Of a stretch of 64,000 bases of DNA, positions 9,693 to 18,552 are shown piece after piece; the stretch's first letter is position 1; every line of letters starts with the position of its first letter. This stretch comes from an uncultured Flavobacteriales bacterium (lineage in GTDB: Bacteria > Bacteroidota > Bacteroidia > Flavobacteriales > JBLHRE01): positions 81,339-145,338 of the forward strand of contig CAKZPI010000021.1 of assembly GCA_937139155.1 (NCBI GenBank), read 5' to 3'. The notes under the pieces are model-generated. The model did no database searches and was not told the origin of the DNA. It worked only from the letters and a program-made list of their open reading frames with translations. The position numbers were made by a program, and so were the translations under genes.

Positions 9693-10994
9693 CTAGAATA
9701 CTACTCCAAAGCTCATGCCATTTAGGGTGGGTCCATTTCCTTGATCAAAGAAATCAGAAACCGCATAGCGCATGAAAAGGTTTACCCCTTTCACACCCAA
9801 CTGGGCTTGAAGGCCATATTGAAACTCGTTTAAATTAAAGCCCCCTTTGTCTTTTATCCTTTGGGTATTTCCTTCGTTGGTTTTGAATTTGGTTTTGCTT
9901 TTTGACCCAATCACATAGCCGGCATACCCACCTACCCCTAAGGTAAATGCGTCTTCTTCCTCAGGGTCTCCTGCATCCAACATGAGCATGAGAGGCAGGT
10001 TCAAGGTGGTGGTTTTCAGTTTGCTTTTTTCAATGCTTGAAACCTCTTGGTCATCAAAAGGCAAGAAAACTGTATTTCCGTTTTGATTATCAATGAAGTA
10101 TTCGCCTTGAAGGAAATAATCTTGGAAGGCAATTTCCACTCCATATTTAAGGAATAAAGGGCCTGCCATTCGGGTTTTAAAAGCCGTTCCGAAGCTGAAA
10201 ATATTCGACCTCCAGGTGTTCAAGGCGTAATTGTCATCACCTTCTGCTGGTAATTGGTTGCTGGCGTTTAGGTAATTTGAAAATCCTGCTCTTACTTGAA
10301 AGAAATCATAGGTCTGGCCAAATTTCTTGGGAGTTTCGTCTTTTTCTTCCTTACCTTCTACAATACGCTCAAGAATGCGCTCAAGGATTTCTTCATGATG
10401 GTCTTCCCAATCATTGTCATGGCTTTCTCCTTGTTGTCTATGATGGCCTTCAGGGTGGGCCGGACTTGGAGGGGCTGGAGGAGCAAAGTGGAACCAGTTT
10501 GGGTTGGGATTTGCGGGATATTGATATTCGAAACCATCAACAATGATCACCAGTTTTTTGTTGCCGAGGCTGTCAACTTCCTCTCTAAACTCAAAGCCTT
10601 CTTCGGCTAGCTCTTCTTGAAGCTCTTTCATTTCTTCCTGCCATTCATCCATGCTTTCTTCCCATTCAAACATGCCCTCTTGCCATTTCAGCATTTCTTG
10701 GCGGTGAATGGTTGCAATGGAGTCTCCGTTGAAACGAAAGGTCATTTCCATTTCCGGAATTTCATTTGAGATTTTTGATTGAGCCACAATTTGTTCAATC
10801 AATTCATCTAGGTCTAGGTCGGAAGCGTTTTCAAGACCTTGAAGGTCTTCAACTTCAATGGTGATTTTCATTCCATTGACATTGATGACGATGGTGTCTG
10901 GTTCTACTGGTTCAGGCATGGGCTCTTGGGCCATACTTGTGATTGAAACGGCCATAAAAGCCATACACAGCAAAGTGAATTTTCTAAGGTTCAT
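9693..10994 (-). CDS. outer-membrane beta-barrel protein with acidic Glu/Trp-rich and His-rich N-terminal region
   Basis: 433 aa with signal peptide ...SITSMAQ. The C-terminal half has alternating beta-strand patterns and ends in ...MSFGVVF (terminal aromatic), typical of OMP beta-barrels (PorT/OMP_b-brl_2-like). Confidence 0.65.
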   Translation of the reverse strand: MNLRKFTLLCMAFMAVSITSMAQEPMPEPVEPDTIVINVNGMKITIEVEDLQGLENASDLDLDELIEQIVAQSKISNEIPEMEMTFRFNGDSIATIHRQEMLKWQEGMFEWEESMDEWQEEMKELQEELAEEGFEFREEVDSLGNKKLVIIVDGFEYQYPANPNPNWFHFAPPAPPSPAHPEGHHRQQGESHDNDWEDHHEEILERILERIVEGKEEKDETPKKFGQTYDFFQVRAGFSNYLNASNQLPAEGDDNYALNTWRSNIFSFGTAFKTRMAGPLFLKYGVEIAFQDYFLQGEYFIDNQNGNTVFLPFDDQEVSSIEKSKLKTTTLNLPLMLMLDAGDPEEEDAFTLGVGGYAGYVIGSKSKTKFKTNEGNTQRIKDKGGFNLNEFQYGLQAQLGVKGVNLFMRYAVSDFFDQGNGPTLNGMSFGVVF

Positions 10995-11010
10995 AAGGAT
11001 AGGTTTTAGG

Positions 11011-11739
11011 TTATTCTTCGGTTTTGTTCCCGTCTCTGAAAATTTTAGGAAGACGTAAGTCTACTTCCGAGAGTTTCCAGTTTTCTGGGTCTTTTAGATT
11101 TTTGATTTGAGCCACAGCCTGGGTAGGCTTCACATTAAGTATTCTTTCCGCAGTACTGGGTTTTTTTCCGGGTTCTTCTGGGCGGTTTTTCTTTCCTTTT
11201 TTTACCACTACCTGTGCCAAATTATTCTCTGAGGGGGCAGAATTCAGCCCTCCAATAGGGTTGTTGATGGGATCAAGCTGGTCACGATCTACGCTATTTG
11301 CCGGAGTTTCTTGTTTACTACTCACCCCTGCTAGCAATACCTTAGGTTTGCTTTCGGTTTGTTTTTCTAAGGGCAAGTCTTGGGTTGCGCTTTCGCGGGA
11401 GGATTGATCAACCAAGTCTTCGGCCTCTATCTCTGGTTTCGACTCCTCTTCAATCAGGCCGGAGGCATCCTCTTGGGTGGGGCTTTGGGGGATTTCATTG
11501 GGTATTAGAAACTCGGGCTCAAAAGGCTTTACAGACTCCTGTTCCATGAAAAAGACCCCAGAAACTCCAACCAAGGCAACGAGCATGGCTGCTGCCAGGT
11601 AGGGGAACCAGATGGCTTTTTTCTTCTTTTTGGCGTCCATTTTTGATTCAATGGAAGCCCAAACCCGATCACTCGGGGCCTGCCGCACGGAGTTCAGGCG
11701 ACTTGCTAATTTTGTTTGGGACTCAGGCTTCATAAGCAT
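11011..11739 (-). CDS. putative anti-sigma factor (single-pass membrane protein)
   Basis: 242 aa, overlapping the ECF sigma stop by 17 nt. One TM (WFPYLAAAMLVALVGVSGVFF) follows a short cytoplasmic N-terminus. The extracytoplasmic region is low-complexity and acidic. The call rests on position and topology only. Confidence 0.45.
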   Translation of the reverse strand: MLMKPESQTKLASRLNSVRQAPSDRVWASIESKMDAKKKKKAIWFPYLAAAMLVALVGVSGVFFMEQESVKPFEPEFLIPNEIPQSPTQEDASGLIEEESKPEIEAEDLVDQSSRESATQDLPLEKQTESKPKVLLAGVSSKQETPANSVDRDQLDPINNPIGGLNSAPSENNLAQVVVKKGKKNRPEEPGKKPSTAERILNVKPTQAVAQIKNLKDPENWKLSEVDLRLPKIFRDGNKTEE

Positions 11740-12310
11740 CTCTTTTTTCTATTTCTTCTAAGGCCTTTTTTAAGGCATGTCTTGCTTTGAACAATTGGGT
11801 TTTGGAAGTTGATTCTGAAATTCCAAGGCTTTTTCCGATTTCCTTATGGCTATATCCTTCAACGGCATAGAGGTTAAATACGGTTCGGTATCCATCGGGC
11901 AATTCCCGAATCAATGACAAAAGGGCTTCCGCGTCTAAGCTTTCCATGAGTTCATCGGTGATTAAGCCGGCTTCATTTCCTTCCACATCCAAATCCATTG
12001 AAAACCGCGATCTCGCCTTGATATAATTCAATGACTCCCGCACGGCAATGGTCCGAATCCACCCTTCTAAACTTCCTTTACCTGTATATTGTTCAAGCTT
12101 GTCAAAGACCTTTACGAAAACATTTGAGAGTACCTCTTCAGCGTCTACTTCCTGTTTAACATACCTCAAACAGGTTGGATAAATCCGCGGTGAATAGGTT
12201 TGATACAAAGCATACTGAGCCTCTCGGTCGTTTAGTAAACAACCCTGTACCAATTCTTCTTCATTGCGGAATAAAGCGCGTACTTTCAATTCTTTTCGCT
12301 TTTCACTCAT
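11723..12310 (-). CDS. RNA polymerase ECF-type sigma-70 factor
   Basis: I placed the start at the ATG at 12310 (MSEKRKEL...); the track ORF begins at an upstream TTG. Region 2 (YSPRIYPTCLRYV..DAEEVLSNVFVKVF) and the region 4 HTH (GYSHKEIGKSLGISESTSKTQLFKARHAL) are present. Confidence 0.85.
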   Translation of the reverse strand: MSEKRKELKVRALFRNEEELVQGCLLNDREAQYALYQTYSPRIYPTCLRYVKQEVDAEEVLSNVFVKVFDKLEQYTGKGSLEGWIRTIAVRESLNYIKARSRFSMDLDVEGNEAGLITDELMESLDAEALLSLIRELPDGYRTVFNLYAVEGYSHKEIGKSLGISESTSKTQLFKARHALKKALEEIEKRDAYEA

Positions 12311-12505
12311 AAGACAATTCAAACTGGGGCTTTGGTTGTACGTGTAAGGAAGTTTTATTTCACTCAAACCTGAACAAAGTACACATTCATCGCCGAAAGG
12401 CCACTAAAATAAAGGAATCCATAACAGAAAGAATACAGGATATTTTAGAACAAGCCCAGTTATTTTTTCGTTCTTTACAAGAAGTATTAAAACTCAATTC
12501 CATTA

Positions 12506-14650
12506 ATGGGTAGAAGAAAAAAATCCAAAAACAGAAACCAAGCTCCAGGCTTAACCAGCTTAATAATGCGCTTGTTTTCAAAGAATCCACAAGTAAGTTT
12601 AAACTACAAACAGGTCTCAACCCGCCTAAGCCTAGAAGGTCCTGCCGACCGTAAGCGGGTTCAAAAGGCCTTGCATAAATTAAAGAGCTCAGGAGACCTT
12701 GTAGAAATACAGCCTGGGAAATACCGATTGAAATCCATCAAAACCTATATAACCGGACGTGTTGACATGACCCGGTCCGGAACCGCCTACATCATTTCTG
12801 AGGAAACCGAAAAAGATGTTTTCATCAACCATGGAAACATGAATCAGGCCCTGCATAATGACATTGTAAAGGTTTTCATCTTCGCGCGAAAGCGAGACGG
12901 AAAGCTTTATGGAGAAATTGTTGAGGTACTTGAGCGTGCCCATGATGTTTTTGTGGGGCAGCTTCAGATTCAGAACAATACAGCCTTTTTAATTCCTGAT
13001 AACCATAGAATAGCGGTTGATTTCTTTGTGCCGATGAACTCTTTGAAGGGGGCAGAGCATGGAGATAAGGTTACCGTTAAGCTTAAAGAATGGCCCAAGG
13101 GGGCTAAGAATCCGGTAGGCGAAGTGGACCGAATTCTTGGGAAACCCGGGGAAAATGATACAGAGATTCACGCCATTTTAGCGGAATACAACCTTCCTTA
13201 TGATTTTCCAGATGAGGTGGAGGCCGATGCTGAGAACCTTGCCGTGGAGATTCCTGATTCTGAGATTAAGAAACGGAAAGACCTTCGAGATGTACTCACT
13301 TTCACCATTGACCCCCATGATGCCAAAGACTTTGATGATGCCCTTTCCTTTGAAAAACTAGAAAACGGAAACATTCGCCTGGGTGTTCACATTGCAGATG
13401 TTAGTCATTATGTGAAACCCGGAACCCTTTTAGACCGAGAGGCATATGACCGGGGAACCTCCGTTTACCTGGTTGATCGTGTAGTGCCCATGCTTCCTGA
13501 AATTTTATCAAATAATGTTTGTAGCCTGAGGCCCAATGAAGATAAACTAACCTTCTCTTCCATTTTTGAATTGGATGAGAGCGGAAAGGTTCATAGTGTA
13601 TGGTTTGGTAGAACGGTGACCCGCTCAGACCAAAGATTTGCCTACGAGGAAGCTCAAGAGGTGATTGAAAAAGGAGAGGGTCCACTTGATCATGCAATTC
13701 TTCCCCTGCACCGCATTGCCCAAAACCTTCGGAAAAAAAGAGTCAAAAACGGAGCCTTGATTTTCGACAAGGAAGAGGTGAAGTTTAACCTCGACGATGA
13801 GGGGACTCCGAATTCTGTTTACTTTAAAAGAAGTAAGGAGGCCAACCAGCTGATTGAAGAATTTATGCTTTTGGCCAATCGTAAGGTGGCTGAATTTGTT
13901 GGGAAAAGAAAAGGAGAGTCTAAACCAAAAACCTTTGTGTATAGAATTCACGATAGCCCAGATCCAGAAAAGCTTCAAACCCTCGGCGAATTTGTTCAGC
14001 AATTTGGTTACCAAGTCAATCTGGGATCGCATAAGGTGATTTCCAGTAGCTTGAATAAAATGCTGAAAGAGGTGGTGGGGAAAAAAGAAGAGAACATGAT
14101 TGAACAGCTTACCCTTCGGTCTATGTCTAAAGCGGTGTACAGCACTGAAAACATTGGGCATTATGGGCTGGCATTCGACCATTATTCGCATTTTACTTCT
14201 CCCATACGTAGGTACCCTGATGTTATGGTTCACAGGCTATTGCAAACCTATTTAGATCAAGGAAAATCTGCCGATGCAGATGATTACGAGCAGAAGTGCA
14301 AGCATTGCTCAGATCGGGAAAGGGTTGCCACCGAGGCTGAAAGAGATAGCATTAAGTTCATGCAGGTGAAGTATATGCAAGGCCAAGAAGATAAGGAGTG
14401 GAAAGGATACATAAGCGGTGTCACCGAGTATGGCATATTTGTAACCATAGAGGCTAACCATTGCGAAGGTTTGGTTAGAACCCATGATATGGGAGACGAT
14501 TTCTTTGTTTACGAAGATGGAAATTTCAGGTATCGAGGCACTCAAAAGGGCACGGTTTACCAGTTAGGAGATGAGATTCTGGTAAAAGTTAAGCACGCAG
14601 ACTTGATGAAAAAACAACTCGACTTGAAAGTGGTTACCGCCGAGTCATAG
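12506..14650 (+). CDS. rnr: ribonuclease R
   Basis: 714 aa. RNB catalytic motifs are TIDPHDAKDFDDAL, HIADVSHYV and DRVVPMLPE. The C-terminal S1 domain contains GVTEYGIFV. Confidence 0.93.
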   Translation: MGRRKKSKNRNQAPGLTSLIMRLFSKNPQVSLNYKQVSTRLSLEGPADRKRVQKALHKLKSSGDLVEIQPGKYRLKSIKTYITGRVDMTRSGTAYIISEETEKDVFINHGNMNQALHNDIVKVFIFARKRDGKLYGEIVEVLERAHDVFVGQLQIQNNTAFLIPDNHRIAVDFFVPMNSLKGAEHGDKVTVKLKEWPKGAKNPVGEVDRILGKPGENDTEIHAILAEYNLPYDFPDEVEADAENLAVEIPDSEIKKRKDLRDVLTFTIDPHDAKDFDDALSFEKLENGNIRLGVHIADVSHYVKPGTLLDREAYDRGTSVYLVDRVVPMLPEILSNNVCSLRPNEDKLTFSSIFELDESGKVHSVWFGRTVTRSDQRFAYEEAQEVIEKGEGPLDHAILPLHRIAQNLRKKRVKNGALIFDKEEVKFNLDDEGTPNSVYFKRSKEANQLIEEFMLLANRKVAEFVGKRKGESKPKTFVYRIHDSPDPEKLQTLGEFVQQFGYQVNLGSHKVISSSLNKMLKEVVGKKEENMIEQLTLRSMSKAVYSTENIGHYGLAFDHYSHFTSPIRRYPDVMVHRLLQTYLDQGKSADADDYEQKCKHCSDRERVATEAERDSIKFMQVKYMQGQEDKEWKGYISGVTEYGIFVTIEANHCEGLVRTHDMGDDFFVYEDGNFRYRGTQKGTVYQLGDEILVKVKHADLMKKQLDLKVVTAES

Positions 14651-14775
14651 AGGCTTATTGGGTAATGGATGGTTTGGTGGTTGAGCGGTTTAAATCCGAG
14701 CCACTGAAGGGGTCTATTACCTAAGAAGGCTTTTGGCGATAGGCTGTTTTTGGAGTTAAAGCGTTCATTTTTAAA

Positions 14776-15062
14776 CCAGTCACTAGTCACGCCTGAGTTG
14801 TTAGTTGAAACCTAGCCAATTAAGAATAGGCATTAAGCTCAAGTTCCCTTTTTTAACAGAGTTTTGGTCAAAGTCAGAGTTCCTATTGCCTAGTTCCAGT
14901 TTAGCTCGTTCCCCCAGAATGGTGTTTGCTGTTTGTTATTGGCTGATTCAGGCTCCAAATTGCCCAATGGATATAATAAATAGTTGTTAACCAAAACGGT
15001 CAACGCTATTTAGGGAAGTACAAAGTACAACTAGTCACTGGTCACTAGTCACTAGTCACCAG
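14776..15062. repeat. intergenic heptamer-repeat element, locus A
   Basis: ccagtcactagtcac+gcctgagttgttagttgaaacc lies at 14776-14813. actagtcactggtcactagtcactagtcaccag lies at 15029-15062. Between them are motifs shared with the other loci (agagttcctattgcctagttcca at 14876-14898; ttattggctgattcagg near 14937). Confidence 0.7.
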
Positions 15063-15174
15063 AAACTCCTCCGCGACAGTTATCCAAACATCACTAACAA
15101 GCTCCCAACCCCTTATCCCAGTTCCTTGCAATTGCTATCTTTGCCGCCCTTTAACCGCAAAAATTATTTGTAAC

Positions 15175-16227
15175 ATGCAATTGCACAATAAGATAAGCGG
15201 CGAATTACTGCGGAAAAAAATTCAAGAAACGGCCGAGCCTCGGTCGACCCTGTCTTTTTACCAGTACGCCCACATCGGCAATCCAAGATTGTTTCGTGAT
15301 CACCTATTTATTGAATGGGAAAAACTCGGAGTTTTAGGCAGAACCTATGTTGCCAAAGAAGGAATTAACGCCCAGATTTCCATCCCAACCGAAAACCGTG
15401 ATGCCTTTCGCGAATTCCTGGATACCATTGAGTTTCTGAAAGGAATACGCCTCAATTGGGCCATTGAAGACGATGGGAAATCTTTTTTCAAGTTGACCAT
15501 AAAGGTGCGGGAAAAAATTGTGGCTGACGGACTCAATGACTCAAGCTTTGATGTTACCAATAGAGGGGTACATCTTACAGCTGAGAAATTCAATGAAATC
15601 ACCTCAAACCCCGATACGATCTTGGTGGATATGCGCAACCATTACGAGTCGGAAGTGGGGCATTTTAAAGGAGCAATCACCCCAGATGTAGACACCTTTC
15701 GGGATGCCTTGAAGGTGGTAGAAGATGACTTGAAAGGACAAGAAGACAAGCCCCTAGTGATGTATTGTACCGGGGGAATCCGCTGTGAAAAGGCTTCTGC
15801 TTATTACAAACACAAGGGATTCAAAGAAGTTTATCAACTTGAAGGTGGCATCATTGAATATGCCCGACAAGTGAGAGAGAAAGGGCTTGAAAATAAGTTT
15901 ATTGGAAAGAATTTTGTTTTTGATGAACGCCTTGGTGAGCGTATTTCAGAAGAGGTGATTGCAAAGTGCCACAATTGCGGATCGGCTTGTGATACGCATA
16001 AGAACTGTCAAAACGATGCCTGTCATCTTCTGTTTATTCAATGCGATGTATGCGCGGAAAAACTAAACGACCATTGTTCAGATGCCTGCTTAGATTTTAG
16101 CACCTGGCCAGATGAGGAAAGGAAAAAATTTAAATCGGGCTTGAACCTAGGGCAACAAATATTTAAAAAAGGGAGAAGCTCAGCTTTTCTTAAAGCCTAC
16201 CAAGCATGGCAAGAAAACCAGGGTTGA
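15175..16227 (+). CDS. trhO: rhodanese-related tRNA uridine(34) hydroxylase (UPF0176/YceA family)
   Basis: 350 aa. Rhodanese active-site loop is YCTGGIRCEKA. The Cys-rich C-terminal tail (CHNCGSACDTHKNCQNDACH...) is typical of the YceA/TrhO architecture. Confidence 0.85.
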   Translation: MQLHNKISGELLRKKIQETAEPRSTLSFYQYAHIGNPRLFRDHLFIEWEKLGVLGRTYVAKEGINAQISIPTENRDAFREFLDTIEFLKGIRLNWAIEDDGKSFFKLTIKVREKIVADGLNDSSFDVTNRGVHLTAEKFNEITSNPDTILVDMRNHYESEVGHFKGAITPDVDTFRDALKVVEDDLKGQEDKPLVMYCTGGIRCEKASAYYKHKGFKEVYQLEGGIIEYARQVREKGLENKFIGKNFVFDERLGERISEEVIAKCHNCGSACDTHKNCQNDACHLLFIQCDVCAEKLNDHCSDACLDFSTWPDEERKKFKSGLNLGQQIFKKGRSSAFLKAYQAWQENQG

Positions 16228-17108
16228 TTTTAATGTCCCTTATCCTTTCCTTAACGGGATGGGCTCAGGAAGATACCACTTGGATAAATACCGAGGTGTT
16301 TTATGAAATTCAAAAGGAAGGAGAGGTTCAAGGTTATGTTCTAGGAACCATCCATAGCCAGGACCCCAGGGTACATGCTTTTGATTCATCCCTTTTCAGG
16401 GATATTCTTTCGGTGGATGCTTTTGCCCTTGAATTGAATCCGGAAGAGGTAGATTATTCTGCCGTCTTTCAAATGATGGAAATGGACTCGAGTCTGGCGG
16501 ATATTTATGAGCCAGAGGACCTTTCGGCAATTTCGGTTTTACTCAGGGCCAGAACCGGAATGAATCCAGCCTTGTTCATGAAAATGCGCCCCCTTTTCTT
16601 GGCCTTCCTATGCATGGAGGAAATTGACTTGATCCCGGCAGAGTTTGAAATCCTAGATTTTCGGTTGGCAGAGTATGCAAAAGGTCAGGGCAAAGAAATC
16701 ATCGGACTCGAAACCCCTGAAGAACAGTTTTCCGCCTTAAGCAATATACCTCCTGATTTTGAAATTAAACTGCTTTTAGACCTTACCCGAAAATCTTTCC
16801 GCGACAGCCTTAAGGCAAGTGAGGGGTCAGAGAAGGAGCTTACGGATACTTGGTTGTTCGGAGGTCTAGATTCCCTTGATTTTCAGTCGGAAATCCTAAA
16901 CCTACCACAGGAATTTTTAGACGGTCTCATCGATAATAGGAATGAGATTATGGCAGAGCGAATTCTTGAAGAAATAAAAAGTAAAACCTTGTTCATTGCG
17001 GTTGGAGCCGGGCATTTAAATGGTGAAAATGGCTTGCTGAAACTTTTACAAGCCGAGGGATATCAAATTCAATCCAAACCCTTGAGGTTTAGGACGTTCA
17101 AAAAATAG
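16206..17108 (+). CDS. TraB/GumN family protein
   Basis: 300 aa with a signal-like N-terminus. Family motifs are GTIHSQDPRV and AVGAGHLNGENGLLKLLQAEGY. An alternative ATG lies at 16233. Confidence 0.75.
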   Translation: MARKPGLILMSLILSLTGWAQEDTTWINTEVFYEIQKEGEVQGYVLGTIHSQDPRVHAFDSSLFRDILSVDAFALELNPEEVDYSAVFQMMEMDSSLADIYEPEDLSAISVLLRARTGMNPALFMKMRPLFLAFLCMEEIDLIPAEFEILDFRLAEYAKGQGKEIIGLETPEEQFSALSNIPPDFEIKLLLDLTRKSFRDSLKASEGSEKELTDTWLFGGLDSLDFQSEILNLPQEFLDGLIDNRNEIMAERILEEIKSKTLFIAVGAGHLNGENGLLKLLQAEGYQIQSKPLRFRTFKK

Positions 17109-17544
17109 GTCGAAAACATACCGGCTAAAGTATTAATCGCAATCTGGCATCGTCGGCCTTGCTTAATCTAAGCTTTTGAGAGTCAGGTTGTAGTGGCTAT
17201 GGACCTTCTTCAAGTCCTTGGATCAAGCCGTCATTGAGTTCACAAGTTTCTATTAACAATTCAGGAATTCACCTGTGGATAATTTGTTAAGAGAAAAGGA
17301 TTAAAATTGTTTTCATCCTCTAAGCCATTGAAAACATAGGTGGTTTCATTTATGCCTGAAAATGCCTTGTTCATAACTACGGGAAAATGTGAAAAAAAGG
17401 AGGTTGGAAACCGAGAGAATAATGCCAAGATTTGTAGAGAACAAAAACACAGCCCTTTGGGCCTGATCGCCACCTACTTTGTTCATCGCCCTGTTATTCA
17501 AGGGTTTACATTTTACTAAAAAATAGATTTAAAGTCGCTTAGAC

Positions 17545-18513
17545 ATGCAAGAACCGATTTTACAAGACAATCCGGGCCGCTTCGTCCTCTTCCCAATTGA
17601 GCACAACGATATTTGGGAATGGTATAAGAAGCAGGAGGCCTGTTTTTGGACCGCCGAGGAGATTGATTTGCACCAAGATGTTTCAGATTGGGCAAACAAA
17701 CTGAACGATGACGAAAGGTATTATATCAAGCATATCCTAGCTTTTTTCGCTGCCAGTGATGGTATTGTGAATGAAAACTTGGCGGAAAACTTTGTGAACG
17801 AAGTTCAATTTACAGAAGCAAAGTTTTTCTATGGTTTCCAGATTATGATGGAAAACATCCACAGCGAAACATACTCTTTGTTGATTGATACGTACATTAA
17901 AGACAAGGAAGAAAGAAATAAACTATTCAATGCCATTGAGAACTTTCCGGCCATTAAGAAAAAGGCGGATTGGGCTTTGCGTTGGATTGAGTCTGATAGC
18001 TTTGCTGAGCGTTTAATTGCTTTTGCAGCCGTTGAAGGAATTTTCTTCAGTGGTTCTTTCTGCTCCATTTTCTGGTTGAAGAAAAGAGGAGTAATGCCCG
18101 GTCTTACCTTCTCAAACGAATTAATTTCAAGAGATGAAGGAATGCACCGTGATTTCGCCGTTCACTTACACAATGAACATTTGGTGAACAAAGTGCCCAA
18201 AGATCGGATTCGTCAAATCATTACGGAAGCATTAGAGATTGAGCGCGAGTTCATCACTGAGTCACTGCCGGTTGATTTGATTGGAATGAATTCCAAGCTC
18301 ATGGCTCAATACCTTGAGTTCGTATCTGACCACTTACTTGTATCGCTGGATTGCGAGAAAGAGTACAATAGCACCAATCCCTTTGATTTCATGGAAATGA
18401 TTTCTCTAGATGGAAAAACCAACTTCTTTGAAAAACGAGTGGGTGATTACCAGAAAGCGGGTGTGATGGGTGATAGCAAGAAAGACATTTATAGCCAAGA
18501 CGACGACTTTTAG
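17545..18513 (+). CDS. nrdB: ribonucleoside-diphosphate reductase (class Ia) beta subunit
   Basis: 322 aa. Di-iron and radical-site stretches are ENIHSETY and EGIFFSGSF. The acidic C-terminal tail ends ...QDDDF. Confidence 0.93.
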   Translation: MQEPILQDNPGRFVLFPIEHNDIWEWYKKQEACFWTAEEIDLHQDVSDWANKLNDDERYYIKHILAFFAASDGIVNENLAENFVNEVQFTEAKFFYGFQIMMENIHSETYSLLIDTYIKDKEERNKLFNAIENFPAIKKKADWALRWIESDSFAERLIAFAAVEGIFFSGSFCSIFWLKKRGVMPGLTFSNELISRDEGMHRDFAVHLHNEHLVNKVPKDRIRQIITEALEIEREFITESLPVDLIGMNSKLMAQYLEFVSDHLLVSLDCEKEYNSTNPFDFMEMISLDGKTNFFEKRVGDYQKAGVMGDSKKDIYSQDDDF

Positions 18514-18552
18514 GAAGAAACAATCAATCACACTTTATAAAATCTCACGCCC

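Noticed and set aside
13625-14233. 202-aa minus-strand ORF inside rnr.
   Set aside because: It is entirely antisense to the well-supported RNase R gene and has no recognisable motifs.
14805-14990. 61-aa plus-strand ORF within the repeat-rich rnr-trhO spacer.
   Set aside because: It overlaps dispersed repeat motifs, has odd composition and has no start context, so it is unlikely to be coding.
15029-15062. Possibility that the tandem repeats are a CRISPR array.
   Set aside because: The units are 7 nt, directly abutting with no spacers, and no cas genes are in the window. This is a microsatellite-type array, not CRISPR.
17261-17473. 70-aa minus-strand ORF in the nrd upstream gap.
   Set aside because: It has implausible composition (Cys/Phe/Ser-rich) and no signal. 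It was kept only as part of the long-leader observation.
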